Both the position numbers and the translations under genes were made by a program. Below, in pieces: positions 7,298-15,677 of a DNA stretch of 20,000 bases (positions are counted from its first letter, which is position 1; every line of letters starts with the position of its first letter). The notes beneath the pieces are model-generated. The model was not told where the DNA came from. It worked only from the letters and a program-made list of their open reading frames with translations, and searched no databases. Origin of the DNA: an uncultured virus (IMG/VR IMGVR_UViG_3300044617_002354) (taxonomy: Duplodnaviria; Heunggongvirae; Uroviricota; Caudoviricetes); the IMG/VR virus record IMGVR_UViG_3300044617_002354, one strand, 5' to 3'.

Positions 7298-8644
7298 ATG
7301 TCCCAACAAGAGCAAAGTAAGCTCGATTTTGACTACTACGAGGGAGTTATTCTTTTTAACGCACTACTTAATAAAGAATATCTTGCATCAATAGTTGAAC
7401 ATATTGAGCCTGAGTTTTTTAACGACAAAAATATTGGTCTTATCTTTAAATCAATTATTTCATTCTTTAATGAAAGAGGTATATCGCCGACTTTAACTGA
7501 AATTAAAGCAAGACTTACCACAGATAATGAAAAAAAAGCCTTTAATGAAACAAGCGTAAAATTAAAGCAATTAGACCCAAAATTTAACAGAGACGAACTT
7601 ATATATAATACAGAGAGATTTTTAAAAGAAAAATGTTTACTAAAAACAATTAGTGAAACTGTCGAAAACTATACTTCAGGTAAAGTCGATATACAAGACA
7701 CGCTTAACCGGTTTGAAAAAGTTCACAATATCACGCTTATTGAGGATTTAGGGCATTGGTATTTTGAAGAAATTGATGAACACGTAAAAGAGTTAACCAC
7801 AATCTATAACCCGATTCCGACAGGTTGGAAGTTTTTAGATGAGAGATTAGAAGGTGGTTTATTTCCTAAAACATTAACATGTCTTGTAGGTCAAGTTAAT
7901 GTTGGTAAGAGTATTTTTCTTGGTAATATAGCTGCGAATTTAGTATTGGAAAACAGAAATGTGTTATTAATTTCTCTTGAAATGTCTGAGTTTATGTACG
8001 CAAAAAGAATTAGCGCACAGGTTACTCAAATACCACATAATCAACTCGGTGTGTATACCGATGAGCTTAAAGAGCAAATTAAACACCTACAAAAAAAATT
8101 AGAGAGTAAATTAGTTATAAAGGAATACCCTCCAAAGACAGTTACTGTAAGACATATCGACGCGTATATTACAAAGCTTGGGCATAAAGGTTTTAAACCT
8201 GAAGTAGTTGTAATCGATTATATTAATCTTTTAAAACCTACTACAAAAAATGTAAATTCATACGAATCAGTGAAAGAAATTGCTGAACAGTTACGAGCTC
8301 TTTCCTTTAAATACAACATACCTTTTGTTACAGCAAGCCAATTGAACAGAGGTGCTTTTAATACTGCAAGCCCGGGTATGGAAGGTATCTCAGAAAGTAT
8401 AGGTCTTGCTGCTACCTGCGATGTTATTTGTTCTTTATGGCAAGAACAAGAAGAAAAAGAGTTAGGTATTATTAATCTCGGTATGCAAAAAAATCGATTT
8501 GGCGCTAACCACGGCCATTGTGCGTTTAAAGTTAAGTATGAAACATTAACATTATCTGAAACGAACCCGGACTATTTTGCAACTGATTCAGCAGATTCAG
8601 TAGTTAATTCAGCAGATTCAGCTTTAAAGGTACTTGCAGAATAA
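7298..8644 (+). CDS. gp41: Replicative DnaB-like helicase, T4 gp41-like
   Basis: IPTGWKFLD, Walker A GQVNVGKS, ISLEMSE, IKEYPP, VIDYINL, TASQLNR, ISESIGL, QKNRFG. Confidence 0.95.
   Translation: MSQQEQSKLDFDYYEGVILFNALLNKEYLASIVEHIEPEFFNDKNIGLIFKSIISFFNERGISPTLTEIKARLTTDNEKKAFNETSVKLKQLDPKFNRDELIYNTERFLKEKCLLKTISETVENYTSGKVDIQDTLNRFEKVHNITLIEDLGHWYFEEIDEHVKELTTIYNPIPTGWKFLDERLEGGLFPKTLTCLVGQVNVGKSIFLGNIAANLVLENRNVLLISLEMSEFMYAKRISAQVTQIPHNQLGVYTDELKEQIKHLQKKLESKLVIKEYPPKTVTVRHIDAYITKLGHKGFKPEVVVIDYINLLKPTTKNVNSYESVKEIAEQLRALSFKYNIPFVTASQLNRGAFNTASPGMEGISESIGLAATCDVICSLWQEQEEKELGIINLGMQKNRFGANHGHCAFKVKYETLTLSETNPDYFATDSADSVVNSADSALKVLAE
8586..8621 (+). repeat. 15-bp direct repeat in the helicase C-terminal tail
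   Basis: ATTCAGCAGATTCAG at 8586-8600 and 8607-8621, encoding DSADSVVNSADSA. Confidence 0.8.
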
Positions 8645-8651
8645 CTACGAG

Positions 8652-8679
8652 TTGAAATATCATGTTCACTGAGTAAATA
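8652..8679 (+). promoter_or_regulatory. Putative promoter with a -35 box and a TAAATA box
   Basis: TTGAAA (8652-8657), 16-nt spacer, TAAATA (8674-8679); ATG at 8688. Confidence 0.45.
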
Positions 8680-8687
8680 CTTAGTGA

Positions 8688-9026
8688 ATGTTAAACGATA
8701 GAACTTTACAAAAATATATATTTCAAAGCAATCCGTTAGAGCTTATATGCACTAAAGAGTACATAACGGGGGTTCTGTTATTTGGCGCTTACGTATCAAT
8801 GGTATATAATAAAAAAATTAACGCTTCTGGTCTTTTTACGGCGGTACTTCAAGATAAAGATTTAAGAGAAGCTTTTATTTATGTAACAGGTTCCCAGGAT
8901 ACACATGAAGCTTTATTAGGGCTGTTGCAACTTTACCCAAATCTTATAAAATCAAAAAATACTAAAAAACTTTTCAACTCGTCTTTTAAAAGAAAAAAGA
9001 ACAGAAAAAATAATGACAGAATTTGA
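8688..9026 (+). CDS. Hypothetical protein with a basic C-terminus
   Basis: 112-aa ORF filling the gap after the helicase and overlapping the next gene; no motif recognised. Confidence 0.7.
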   Translation: MLNDRTLQKYIFQSNPLELICTKEYITGVLLFGAYVSMVYNKKINASGLFTAVLQDKDLREAFIYVTGSQDTHEALLGLLQLYPNLIKSKNTKKLFNSSFKRKKNRKNNDRI

Positions 9027-9684
9027 GAAAAGAATCTATAATACGCATTTAGCTGTTTCTAGATCTTTACGCAATAAGCCGTTTAAAAAAAGAGAAAATT
9101 TTAATAATTTTGAAACAGATTCAAAATTCTTTTTTATAAAACGTTTAGCTATTTTTTTTCAAAAATACCCTGACATTGATATGGGTATGTATTTTACAGC
9201 GCCTTATAAACTTTATAACGATGTAGAGTATTTTGATTTAAATTATTTTGCGTCCCCGCGAGCTATTAAAAGTTATTCTATTTTTAAGCAGGAGCTTTTA
9301 GGTAAATCTCCTGACCATCATAAGCAAAGTGTACTTGATTCATTACAGCAAATAGCAAAGTTTTGTCTTGAAAAACGTATTCAACTTGATGATTATATTA
9401 CATATAAAGAGACAAGCATTGAACCTGAATGGCTTTACCATGTTAAAAAATTTAATTTAAATTTTTACGTTTTTATGGAGTTTCCAAATGTTTTTGATAT
9501 AATATCAAAATTGCCAGTTGATGAAAAAGAGCTTTTATTAGGTGATTTCGGAGTAAATTATATCACATATAAAACCCGATATAATACATCAAAATATTTA
9601 AAACAAGCTTTACAGCAGGCATACATAAAAATAAAGTTTTTTATAGATAAAGAACTTTTATCAAAAAAATCCAATAAAAAATAA
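9013..9684 (+). CDS. Putative helicase loader (gp59-like) or hypothetical protein
   Basis: 223 aa, basic, aromatic-rich and helical. The N-terminus (FEKRIYNTHLA...FFFIKRLA) loosely recalls gp59, and it sits directly upstream of gp32 as gene 59 does in T4. Confidence 0.45.
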   Translation: MTEFEKRIYNTHLAVSRSLRNKPFKKRENFNNFETDSKFFFIKRLAIFFQKYPDIDMGMYFTAPYKLYNDVEYFDLNYFASPRAIKSYSIFKQELLGKSPDHHKQSVLDSLQQIAKFCLEKRIQLDDYITYKETSIEPEWLYHVKKFNLNFYVFMEFPNVFDIISKLPVDEKELLLGDFGVNYITYKTRYNTSKYLKQALQQAYIKIKFFIDKELLSKKSNKK

Positions 9685-9712
9685 TTGCATACTGTAAACA
9701 ATATACTACAAT
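9685..9712 (+). promoter_or_regulatory. sigma70-like promoter for the SSB gene
   Basis: TTGCAT (9685-9690), 16-nt spacer, TACAAT (9707-9712); SD-like AAGGA at 9716-9720; ATG at 9729. Confidence 0.6.
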
Positions 9713-9728
9713 TACAAGGAATAAAATT

Positions 9729-10658
9729 ATGACATTAACTAAAAACCTATTCAGTGAAATTAAAGCAGCTCTCTCTACAAAAAAAGATGACAGCCCGTAC
9801 AAAGAAATTATGAAGTTTGAACCGGGTAAAACCTATGTTGTTCGGTTAATACCGAATATTGTAGAGCCTAGAAATTCAATATATCATTACTGGCATCATA
9901 GCTGGAATAGTTTAGCTACCGGGCAGTTTGTCACCACGCTTTGCCCGTCAACGTATAATGAAAATTGCCCGATTGATAACTACGTAATGAAGACTTATCG
10001 AACAGGTACCACGGAAGAAAAAGAAAAAATGAAACCCATTACTAGAAAAGAAGCCTGGCTGGTTAATGCTTACATTATTTCAGATCCTTCGAATCCAGAA
10101 AACGAAGGAAAAGTAAAAATTATTAGATATGGTAAGGAGCTTGCTAAAATTATTACAAACGCCATTGAAGGGGATGATGCTGAAGAGTTTGGTGCAGAAA
10201 AAGTTTTTGATCTCGCAAATGGCAGTAGTCTTCGTATTAAATGTGAGTCTCGTGCGGGTAGTACCGGAAACGCTCGCAATTTCGTAACATATGCGTCTTC
10301 TAAGTTTATAAGCCCGTCAAGACTTGAAGGTGTTAATGAAGATCGAATTGAAGCTATTCACAACGGGGTTTTTGATTTAACTAAAATCTTTAAACCTAAA
10401 ACTCAAGCAGAATTACAAAGAATGCTTGATCAACATTTCTTTTGTATACAAGACACAGATATGGAGGACGGTAATGACGCTGAAGAAGTATCAGTGTCTA
10501 AGAAGCACTCTTTAGAGAGCGCATCAGCACCTACCCGCTCTGTAAAAGAAAAGAGTGATATGGAAGAAATTTTCAAAGGTATAGAAAACGCTCCGGAGGT
10601 TACACCTGAACAAGATGATACAGATGAAAAACTTAAAGAACTTCTAAAAGGACTCTAA
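9729..10658 (+). CDS. gp32: Single-stranded DNA-binding protein, T4 gp32-like
   Basis: VVRLIP, H...CPST...CP, NAYIISDPSNPENEGKVKIIRYGK, FDLANG, and an acidic C-terminal tail ending DDTDEKLKELLKGL. Confidence 0.93.
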   Translation: MTLTKNLFSEIKAALSTKKDDSPYKEIMKFEPGKTYVVRLIPNIVEPRNSIYHYWHHSWNSLATGQFVTTLCPSTYNENCPIDNYVMKTYRTGTTEEKEKMKPITRKEAWLVNAYIISDPSNPENEGKVKIIRYGKELAKIITNAIEGDDAEEFGAEKVFDLANGSSLRIKCESRAGSTGNARNFVTYASSKFISPSRLEGVNEDRIEAIHNGVFDLTKIFKPKTQAELQRMLDQHFFCIQDTDMEDGNDAEEVSVSKKHSLESASAPTRSVKEKSDMEEIFKGIENAPEVTPEQDDTDEKLKELLKGL

Positions 10659-10670
10659 TCTTCTGTTGAT

Positions 10671-11318
10671 ATGAAAAAATTACGTTACGCAAATCACAAT
10701 CACCCTCATACTCAAGAGGAGATAAATGATTTAATCGAGAAAGGTGCAAAAGCATATGAGACATATCTCGACGCTCTTGGTTTTGATTGGAGAAATGATC
10801 CTAATAGTGCAGATACCCCCCATCGAGTAGCAAAAGCGTTTGTTACAGATTTAGCAATGGGTTGTTACGCTCCGCCACCTAAGGTGACCGCTTTTGATAA
10901 TGTTGATAAGTACGACGGTATGGTGTGTCAGAACAATATTAAAGTTGTCTCTATGTGCTCACATCATCACGCTCCGTTCATGGGGTATGCCCATGTTGCG
11001 TATTTGCCTTCAAAAGACGGCAAGGTAATTGGATTAAGCAAACTTAATCGTATAGTAGATTGGTTTGCAAGAAGACCTCAAGTGCAAGAAAATTTAACAA
11101 TGCAGATTCATAATTACATTGATCAAATTTGCGAAAAAAATAAAGGTGTTGCGGTTATGATTGAAGCGAATCATACATGCTGTTCAAATAGAGGCATTAA
11201 GCATGATTCTACAATGAGGACCGCACGCATGTCAGGTGCTTTCTTAGATGAAGATGATAATTCTCGTAGCGAGTTTTATAAATTTGTTGAGTTTGCAAAA
11301 CACGGTATTACAGTTTAG
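10671..11318 (+). CDS. folE: GTP cyclohydrolase I
   Basis: DTPHRVAK, SMCSHH, GYAHVAYLP, IGLSKLNRIV, RRPQVQENLT, GVAVMIEANHTCCSNRG. Confidence 0.96.
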   Translation: MKKLRYANHNHPHTQEEINDLIEKGAKAYETYLDALGFDWRNDPNSADTPHRVAKAFVTDLAMGCYAPPPKVTAFDNVDKYDGMVCQNNIKVVSMCSHHHAPFMGYAHVAYLPSKDGKVIGLSKLNRIVDWFARRPQVQENLTMQIHNYIDQICEKNKGVAVMIEANHTCCSNRGIKHDSTMRTARMSGAFLDEDDNSRSEFYKFVEFAKHGITV

Positions 11319-11321
11319 TAT

Positions 11322-11741
11322 ATGATAAGCGACGAAGATCTAGCAACAGCTTTACTTGCTAAAATAACTTCCAGTGATTTAGGTCAAATTGATCAATTAA
11401 CCGAAAAAAGGTCAAGTGCCGGTGCTGCGAATCGGCTTGACCCTATGTCTTTTGTTAAACGGGAGACACCACAAAATTACTCAGTTCATCAAATACCTGG
11501 TTTGAACGCAACAGGTCCTACCCCTCAACAGCAGCAAAAAATTCTAGAAGAAGCAAATAGGATGGCGGAACAGTTGTGCCCGCTACCACCACCTATAACA
11601 CTTCCCCCACCCACTAATAAGGTTATAGATAATGAAACAAGTAATTCTCTTCTTACCGAAAAGCTTGATAATATAGCGACTTCTCTTATCACTATTAACG
11701 AGACTCTTCTTTTGTTAGTTGAGTCTCTTAAAAAAGAATGA
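11322..11741 (+). CDS. Hypothetical protein with a Pro/Gln-rich centre and a leucine-rich C-terminal helix
   Basis: 139 aa; starts 3 nt after folE and has an ATGA overlap with the clamp gene. Confidence 0.7.
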   Translation: MISDEDLATALLAKITSSDLGQIDQLTEKRSSAGAANRLDPMSFVKRETPQNYSVHQIPGLNATGPTPQQQQKILEEANRMAEQLCPLPPPITLPPPTNKVIDNETSNSLLTEKLDNIATSLITINETLLLLVESLKKE

Positions 11742-12478
11742 TTTCGTTACCTCTCAAAAAAGAAAGTTTTATTGAAGGATTTCTTTCACCGTTAAGTAAA
11801 ATTGCGGATAATGTGGTTTTATCGCCTTGTGAAAGTGGTCTGTATTCTATTTGCACATCTCAAATAGGCGGTAGTGTTATCTTATATTCGGAGTATAATA
11901 CAGAAGATTTTAAAGATTTAAAAACAAATATTAATATACCAGATGTTAAAAAGTTTATTAGGTTAATATCTTGTATTAAAGGAGATAATTTGACTTTAAA
12001 AATTAACGATAACCATCTTCTCTATGAAGATGATGATATTCGTTTTAAGTATTTCTTATTAGAAGATGGGGTAATGCCTCGAGTATCTATTAGTTTACAG
12101 AAAATTAAAAAACTAACATTTAATACAACATTTAATTTAAACAATATAAAGTTTAGTGAGTTATTAAAAGGTAGTGCCATAGCAACTGATTCAGATAAGG
12201 TTTATTTTTTTACAAAAAACGGGAAACTTTTTGCTGAACTTAATGATTACGAGAGACAAAATATAAATAATATTTGTTATTTGCTAACCGATGAATTTGA
12301 AGGAACTGAGCTCCTGACACCTATACCTTTGAGTCTAGAGAGTTTGAGATTATTTGCAGGTTTAAAAACAACCCACTACACGGTTAAGGTTAACACACAA
12401 TTAAAAATTATTTCGTTTGAGTATCAAGGAAGTGAAAATATTAAAATTCAGTTTTTAATATCTGGGTTAGTTAAGTGA
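11738..12478 (+). CDS. gp45: DNA polymerase sliding clamp (gp45/PCNA-like)
   Basis: 246 aa with a repeated alpha/beta clamp pattern (FLSPLSKI...INIPDVKKFIRLI...LTLKINDNHL; FNLNNIKFSELLKGS...VYFFTKNGKL; LESLRLF...YTVKV), in a replication context. Confidence 0.7.
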   Translation: MISLPLKKESFIEGFLSPLSKIADNVVLSPCESGLYSICTSQIGGSVILYSEYNTEDFKDLKTNINIPDVKKFIRLISCIKGDNLTLKINDNHLLYEDDDIRFKYFLLEDGVMPRVSISLQKIKKLTFNTTFNLNNIKFSELLKGSAIATDSDKVYFFTKNGKLFAELNDYERQNINNICYLLTDEFEGTELLTPIPLSLESLRLFAGLKTTHYTVKVNTQLKIISFEYQGSENIKIQFLISGLVK

Positions 12479-12516
12479 ACGGTTGATTAGTTAATCACTT
12501 TACAATAAGTGTAGTT

Positions 12517-12846
12517 ATGGCAAATAAGCTAACTACACTTGGTTATTTCTTAAAAAGAATAAGAGATAGCGGATACTACGCTCATAAGCTTTTTACTGAG
12601 TATAGTGAAGCAGATTCTAGGCTATGGACAATAATAATAGATCCTGGTCACTCTTCTATTTTTTGTACATGTTATGTACAAGACCCTCTTATTGAAGAAA
12701 CATATTTTGAACTTTATGACAGCGGACAGTATATACCTGGCCGTGTAAAGATAAAAACTGACTCATTTGAAGTTTTTGTACGCTATTTAGTAGAGTTCGG
12801 AATTAATAATAAAACAAGCACTTACAATAATAAAAAAACACTTTAG
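12517..12846 (+). CDS. Hypothetical protein
   Basis: 109-aa ORF with globular composition; AATAAGTG ends 5 nt upstream of the ATG. Confidence 0.75.
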   Translation: MANKLTTLGYFLKRIRDSGYYAHKLFTEYSEADSRLWTIIIDPGHSSIFCTCYVQDPLIEETYFELYDSGQYIPGRVKIKTDSFEVFVRYLVEFGINNKTSTYNNKKTL

Positions 12847-12854
12847 TATAAATA
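12847..12854 (+). promoter_or_regulatory. T4-type late promoter
   Basis: Exact TATAAATA, starting immediately after the upstream stop codon and ending 5 nt before the in-frame ATG at 12860. Confidence 0.65.
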
Positions 12855-12859
12855 TGTTT

Positions 12860-13228
12860 ATGCCATTAAATGACGAATCAACCCCACAGAAAAAGAAAAA
12901 ACTTCGCGCTCGAAAAAAAGAAAACCCCGTTTCACTTTCTAGTAAACATGACGAGGTTACAACCCCTGGTCAGTTAGAGCGAGCAATTACTCAAGCTTTT
13001 AAACGATTTTATGCAGCTTCAATAAGCAAACAAAATAAAATTAAAGATTTGCATCATCTCGATTCTATCGTAGCAGAATATTTACAGTCATTTATAATTT
13101 TGGGTTACGATCTTAATGGAGAAAAAATTTGCATATCCCACGCGTCAACACCAGCTGCAAGAGACGCTTTAGTGGAACATATGAGAACCACGTTTTTAAA
13201 TATTATAAATAATAATGGTGGAGAGTAA
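12860..13228 (+). CDS. Hypothetical late protein with a basic N-terminus
   Basis: The ORF track starts at 12854, but that ATG overlaps the late promoter box, so ATG 12860 is preferred. Contains KKKKLRARKK; lies directly upstream of the large terminase. Confidence 0.7.
   Translation: MPLNDESTPQKKKKLRARKKENPVSLSSKHDEVTTPGQLERAITQAFKRFYAASISKQNKIKDLHHLDSIVAEYLQSFIILGYDLNGEKICISHASTPAARDALVEHMRTTFLNIINNNGGE
13204..13211 (+). promoter_or_regulatory. T4-type late promoter for the terminase gene
   Basis: Exact TATAAATA 22 nt upstream of ATG 13234, followed by SD-like GGAGAG (13220-13225). Confidence 0.5.
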
Positions 13229-13233
13229 GTTTA

Positions 13234-15045
13234 ATGGGCAGACCTAAAAAAGTTTTAGAAAGCGCTAATAATCAAAATGTTTCTGATAATGAAATAGTTG
13301 AGGAACCAATTGATGAGAGTCAGTATTATAGAGGAGATAAAAAAATACCTAAACAAGATGCCCAATTTGTTTGGACTCCTGCTATGTATAATGAGCTTAA
13401 AAAGTGCTCAGAAGATATAGTTTATTTTGCAGAAAAATATTTCACTATTACACATATAGATAGAGGTAAAGAAAAGATATCTCTTTACCCGAAACAAAAA
13501 CAAGCTTTACGGTCTTTAATGAACAACCGTTTTGTTGTATTATTAGCATCTAGACAATGTGGTAAGTCGACAATATTAACCATTTACACATTGTGGTGCA
13601 CGTGTTTTTCTCCCGATCAACGAGCTGTTATAGTTGCTAATAATGAAAACACAGCAATTAAGATTTTTAAAAGAATTCGCTTGGCTTACGAGTTACTACC
13701 AAATTTTTTAAAACCTGGGGTAAAAGAATACGGTAAGACGGGTGTTACATTTGGCAATGATTCAAGTATCGGTATAAGCACAACTACCTCAACTGCTGCT
13801 CGTGGTGACACAGCAAGTATACTTTGTATCGATGAAGCTGCGTTTATTGAACCACATCTTTTAGATGAATTTTGGAAATCTGTTATACCTATTGTTTCAT
13901 CAGGTAAGAAAACAAAGATTTTTATGGTGAGCACGCCTAATGGGGTGGGTAATAAATTTTATGAGATTTTTACTGGTGCAGAAAAAAAAGAAAATGAGTG
14001 GTCTTCTGAAAGAATAGATTGGTGGGATGTACCTGGAAGAACTGAAAAGTGGAAAAAACAAATGATAAGTGCTCTCGGGTCAGAAGAAAGTTTTCAACAA
14101 GAGTTCGGTAATAGTTTTCTCGACCCAGGTAACTCTGCAGTGGGTGCAGAGATTATTGAGCGTTTTAAAGTTCAAAAAAAAAATCCTTTATGGGTTGGAG
14201 AAGGAGATTGTTATAAAGTGTATGATTCTCCATCTAATAAAAAAAATTACGTAATTGGGGTTGATGTTGGAGAAGGAATCGGTAGGGCCTATTCTGTAGC
14301 TCAGGTCCTAGATGTTACTGAGCTAACAGATATAAAGCAGGTCGCAGTATATAGCACAAATACAGTAGAACCGTACCACTTCGCAAATAAGCTAAATTTT
14401 CTTTGCAACCAGTGGGGCAAACCACCTTTATTAATTGAAAGAAATAATTGTGGTGCACAAGTTATAGATACTATGTTTCATAAACATTTTTATGAAAAAA
14501 TAGTTAGTTGTTCAAAACTTTCAAGTACAGGATCAACAAGTACAACGAGACACCTCGGCGTATTAAGCCATAATAACATTCGTTTTGCTGGTGTATCTAA
14601 TATGAGATATTGGATGAATACTCTTCAGGCTGTTTCAATAAACGATATAGATACAATAAATGAGCTTGAAACTTTTATTAGATACCCTAACGGTACATAT
14701 AGAAAAAAAAATGATACCTACAATGATGATAAGGTCATGGCTCTTGTTTGGGCACTTTTTATATTAGAAACTGAAATTTGTCAGCAATATTTTGAAGTGA
14801 CAGAGTACGATGAACAAAATAAACCTTTATGTATACAGGTCGATGAGTATGGTAAATTAGGTATAGAATTTTACACTGTCGGAGAATTAATTGAAGATCA
14901 TACACAAACCCCGGCTGTTTTACATGATAATACAAAAAACGAACATACCCGTATATTCAGTTTAGACGAAATAAATAAAATTGAAGAAGAATCGTATTTA
15001 GACATGGAAACCCTTTTCGCTGCAGGTTATAGACCTTTATCTTAA
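13234..15045 (+). CDS. gp17: Terminase large subunit, T4 gp17-like
   Basis: ELKKCSEDIVYFAEKY, LYPKQK, Walker A ASRQCGKST, Walker B LCIDEAAF, STPNG, FQQEF, nuclease IGVDVGEG, IERNN and DDKVMAL. Confidence 0.97.
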   Translation: MGRPKKVLESANNQNVSDNEIVEEPIDESQYYRGDKKIPKQDAQFVWTPAMYNELKKCSEDIVYFAEKYFTITHIDRGKEKISLYPKQKQALRSLMNNRFVVLLASRQCGKSTILTIYTLWCTCFSPDQRAVIVANNENTAIKIFKRIRLAYELLPNFLKPGVKEYGKTGVTFGNDSSIGISTTTSTAARGDTASILCIDEAAFIEPHLLDEFWKSVIPIVSSGKKTKIFMVSTPNGVGNKFYEIFTGAEKKENEWSSERIDWWDVPGRTEKWKKQMISALGSEESFQQEFGNSFLDPGNSAVGAEIIERFKVQKKNPLWVGEGDCYKVYDSPSNKKNYVIGVDVGEGIGRAYSVAQVLDVTELTDIKQVAVYSTNTVEPYHFANKLNFLCNQWGKPPLLIERNNCGAQVIDTMFHKHFYEKIVSCSKLSSTGSTSTTRHLGVLSHNNIRFAGVSNMRYWMNTLQAVSINDIDTINELETFIRYPNGTYRKKNDTYNDDKVMALVWALFILETEICQQYFEVTEYDEQNKPLCIQVDEYGKLGIEFYTVGELIEDHTQTPAVLHDNTKNEHTRIFSLDEINKIEEESYLDMETLFAAGYRPLS

Positions 15046-15046
15046 A

Positions 15047-15640
15047 ATGAACGATATTTGTATAAATCCAACCGAACAATCTGTATTGAATAGACCGAAT
15101 ACAGATAAATTTATTTTAGTTTTAAACTTACCGCAGATTTTACGAGATAATTTTTCAACTAAAGAAAAGAAAACAAGTATAACATCTCTTGAAATAAGCG
15201 TCTTCGGAGCTGTAGTACCACAGATTGAAGTACCACCTGTACCGGTTCCGTATGGCGGTCAAACATATAACGTCACAAGTATTACTCGCCCGAATTATGC
15301 CCCCCTTGAAGTTAATTTTGTTGTTGATAATCAATTTACAAATTATTTTACACTCTGGAGATGGTTAGCAGCTCTTAACGATCCAAAAAAATCTATTTAC
15401 ACTGGTAAACAAGGAGAAGAAAGAAAAGAACTTATAAAAAAAATAGGCTTAATGGAATATGAAACTACAGTTTCGTTATTCGGTTTAAATGAGTATAATA
15501 AAGCTGTTATTGAGTTTACTTATTATAATTGTTTCATTATCGGTTTAGGTAGTATCAATTACAATTATCGAGAAAATACACCAATAGATTCTAGTTTTAA
15601 ACTTCAGTATAGTCAGTTTGATGTAAAGTTGCTAAGTTAA
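15047..15640 (+). CDS. gp3: Tail completion / sheath stabiliser (tube terminator), T4 gp3-like
   Basis: YAPLEVNFVVDNQFTNYFTLWRWL and FTYYNCFIIGLGSINYNY...FKLQYSQF match the gp3/gp19-fold pattern; upstream of the sheath gene. Confidence 0.75.
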   Translation: MNDICINPTEQSVLNRPNTDKFILVLNLPQILRDNFSTKEKKTSITSLEISVFGAVVPQIEVPPVPVPYGGQTYNVTSITRPNYAPLEVNFVVDNQFTNYFTLWRWLAALNDPKKSIYTGKQGEERKELIKKIGLMEYETTVSLFGLNEYNKAVIEFTYYNCFIIGLGSINYNYRENTPIDSSFKLQYSQFDVKLLS

Positions 15641-15677
15641 AAAAAAATCGCAAAATAGCATAAGTAATAATACACAT

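Noticed and set aside
12484..12497. Small inverted repeat TGATTA-GT-TAATCA upstream of ORF 12517
   Set aside because: AT-rich 6-bp arms, a single copy and no U-tract; too weak to call an operator or terminator.
14069..14254. 61-aa + strand ORF inside the terminase gene
   Set aside because: Out-of-frame nested ORF with no supporting signal.
340..15045. Inteins, introns or homing endonucleases in the polymerase, UvsX, helicase or terminase
   Set aside because: Protein lengths and motif spacing are normal; no splice-junction or HNH/LAGLIDADG/GIY-YIG motifs were seen.
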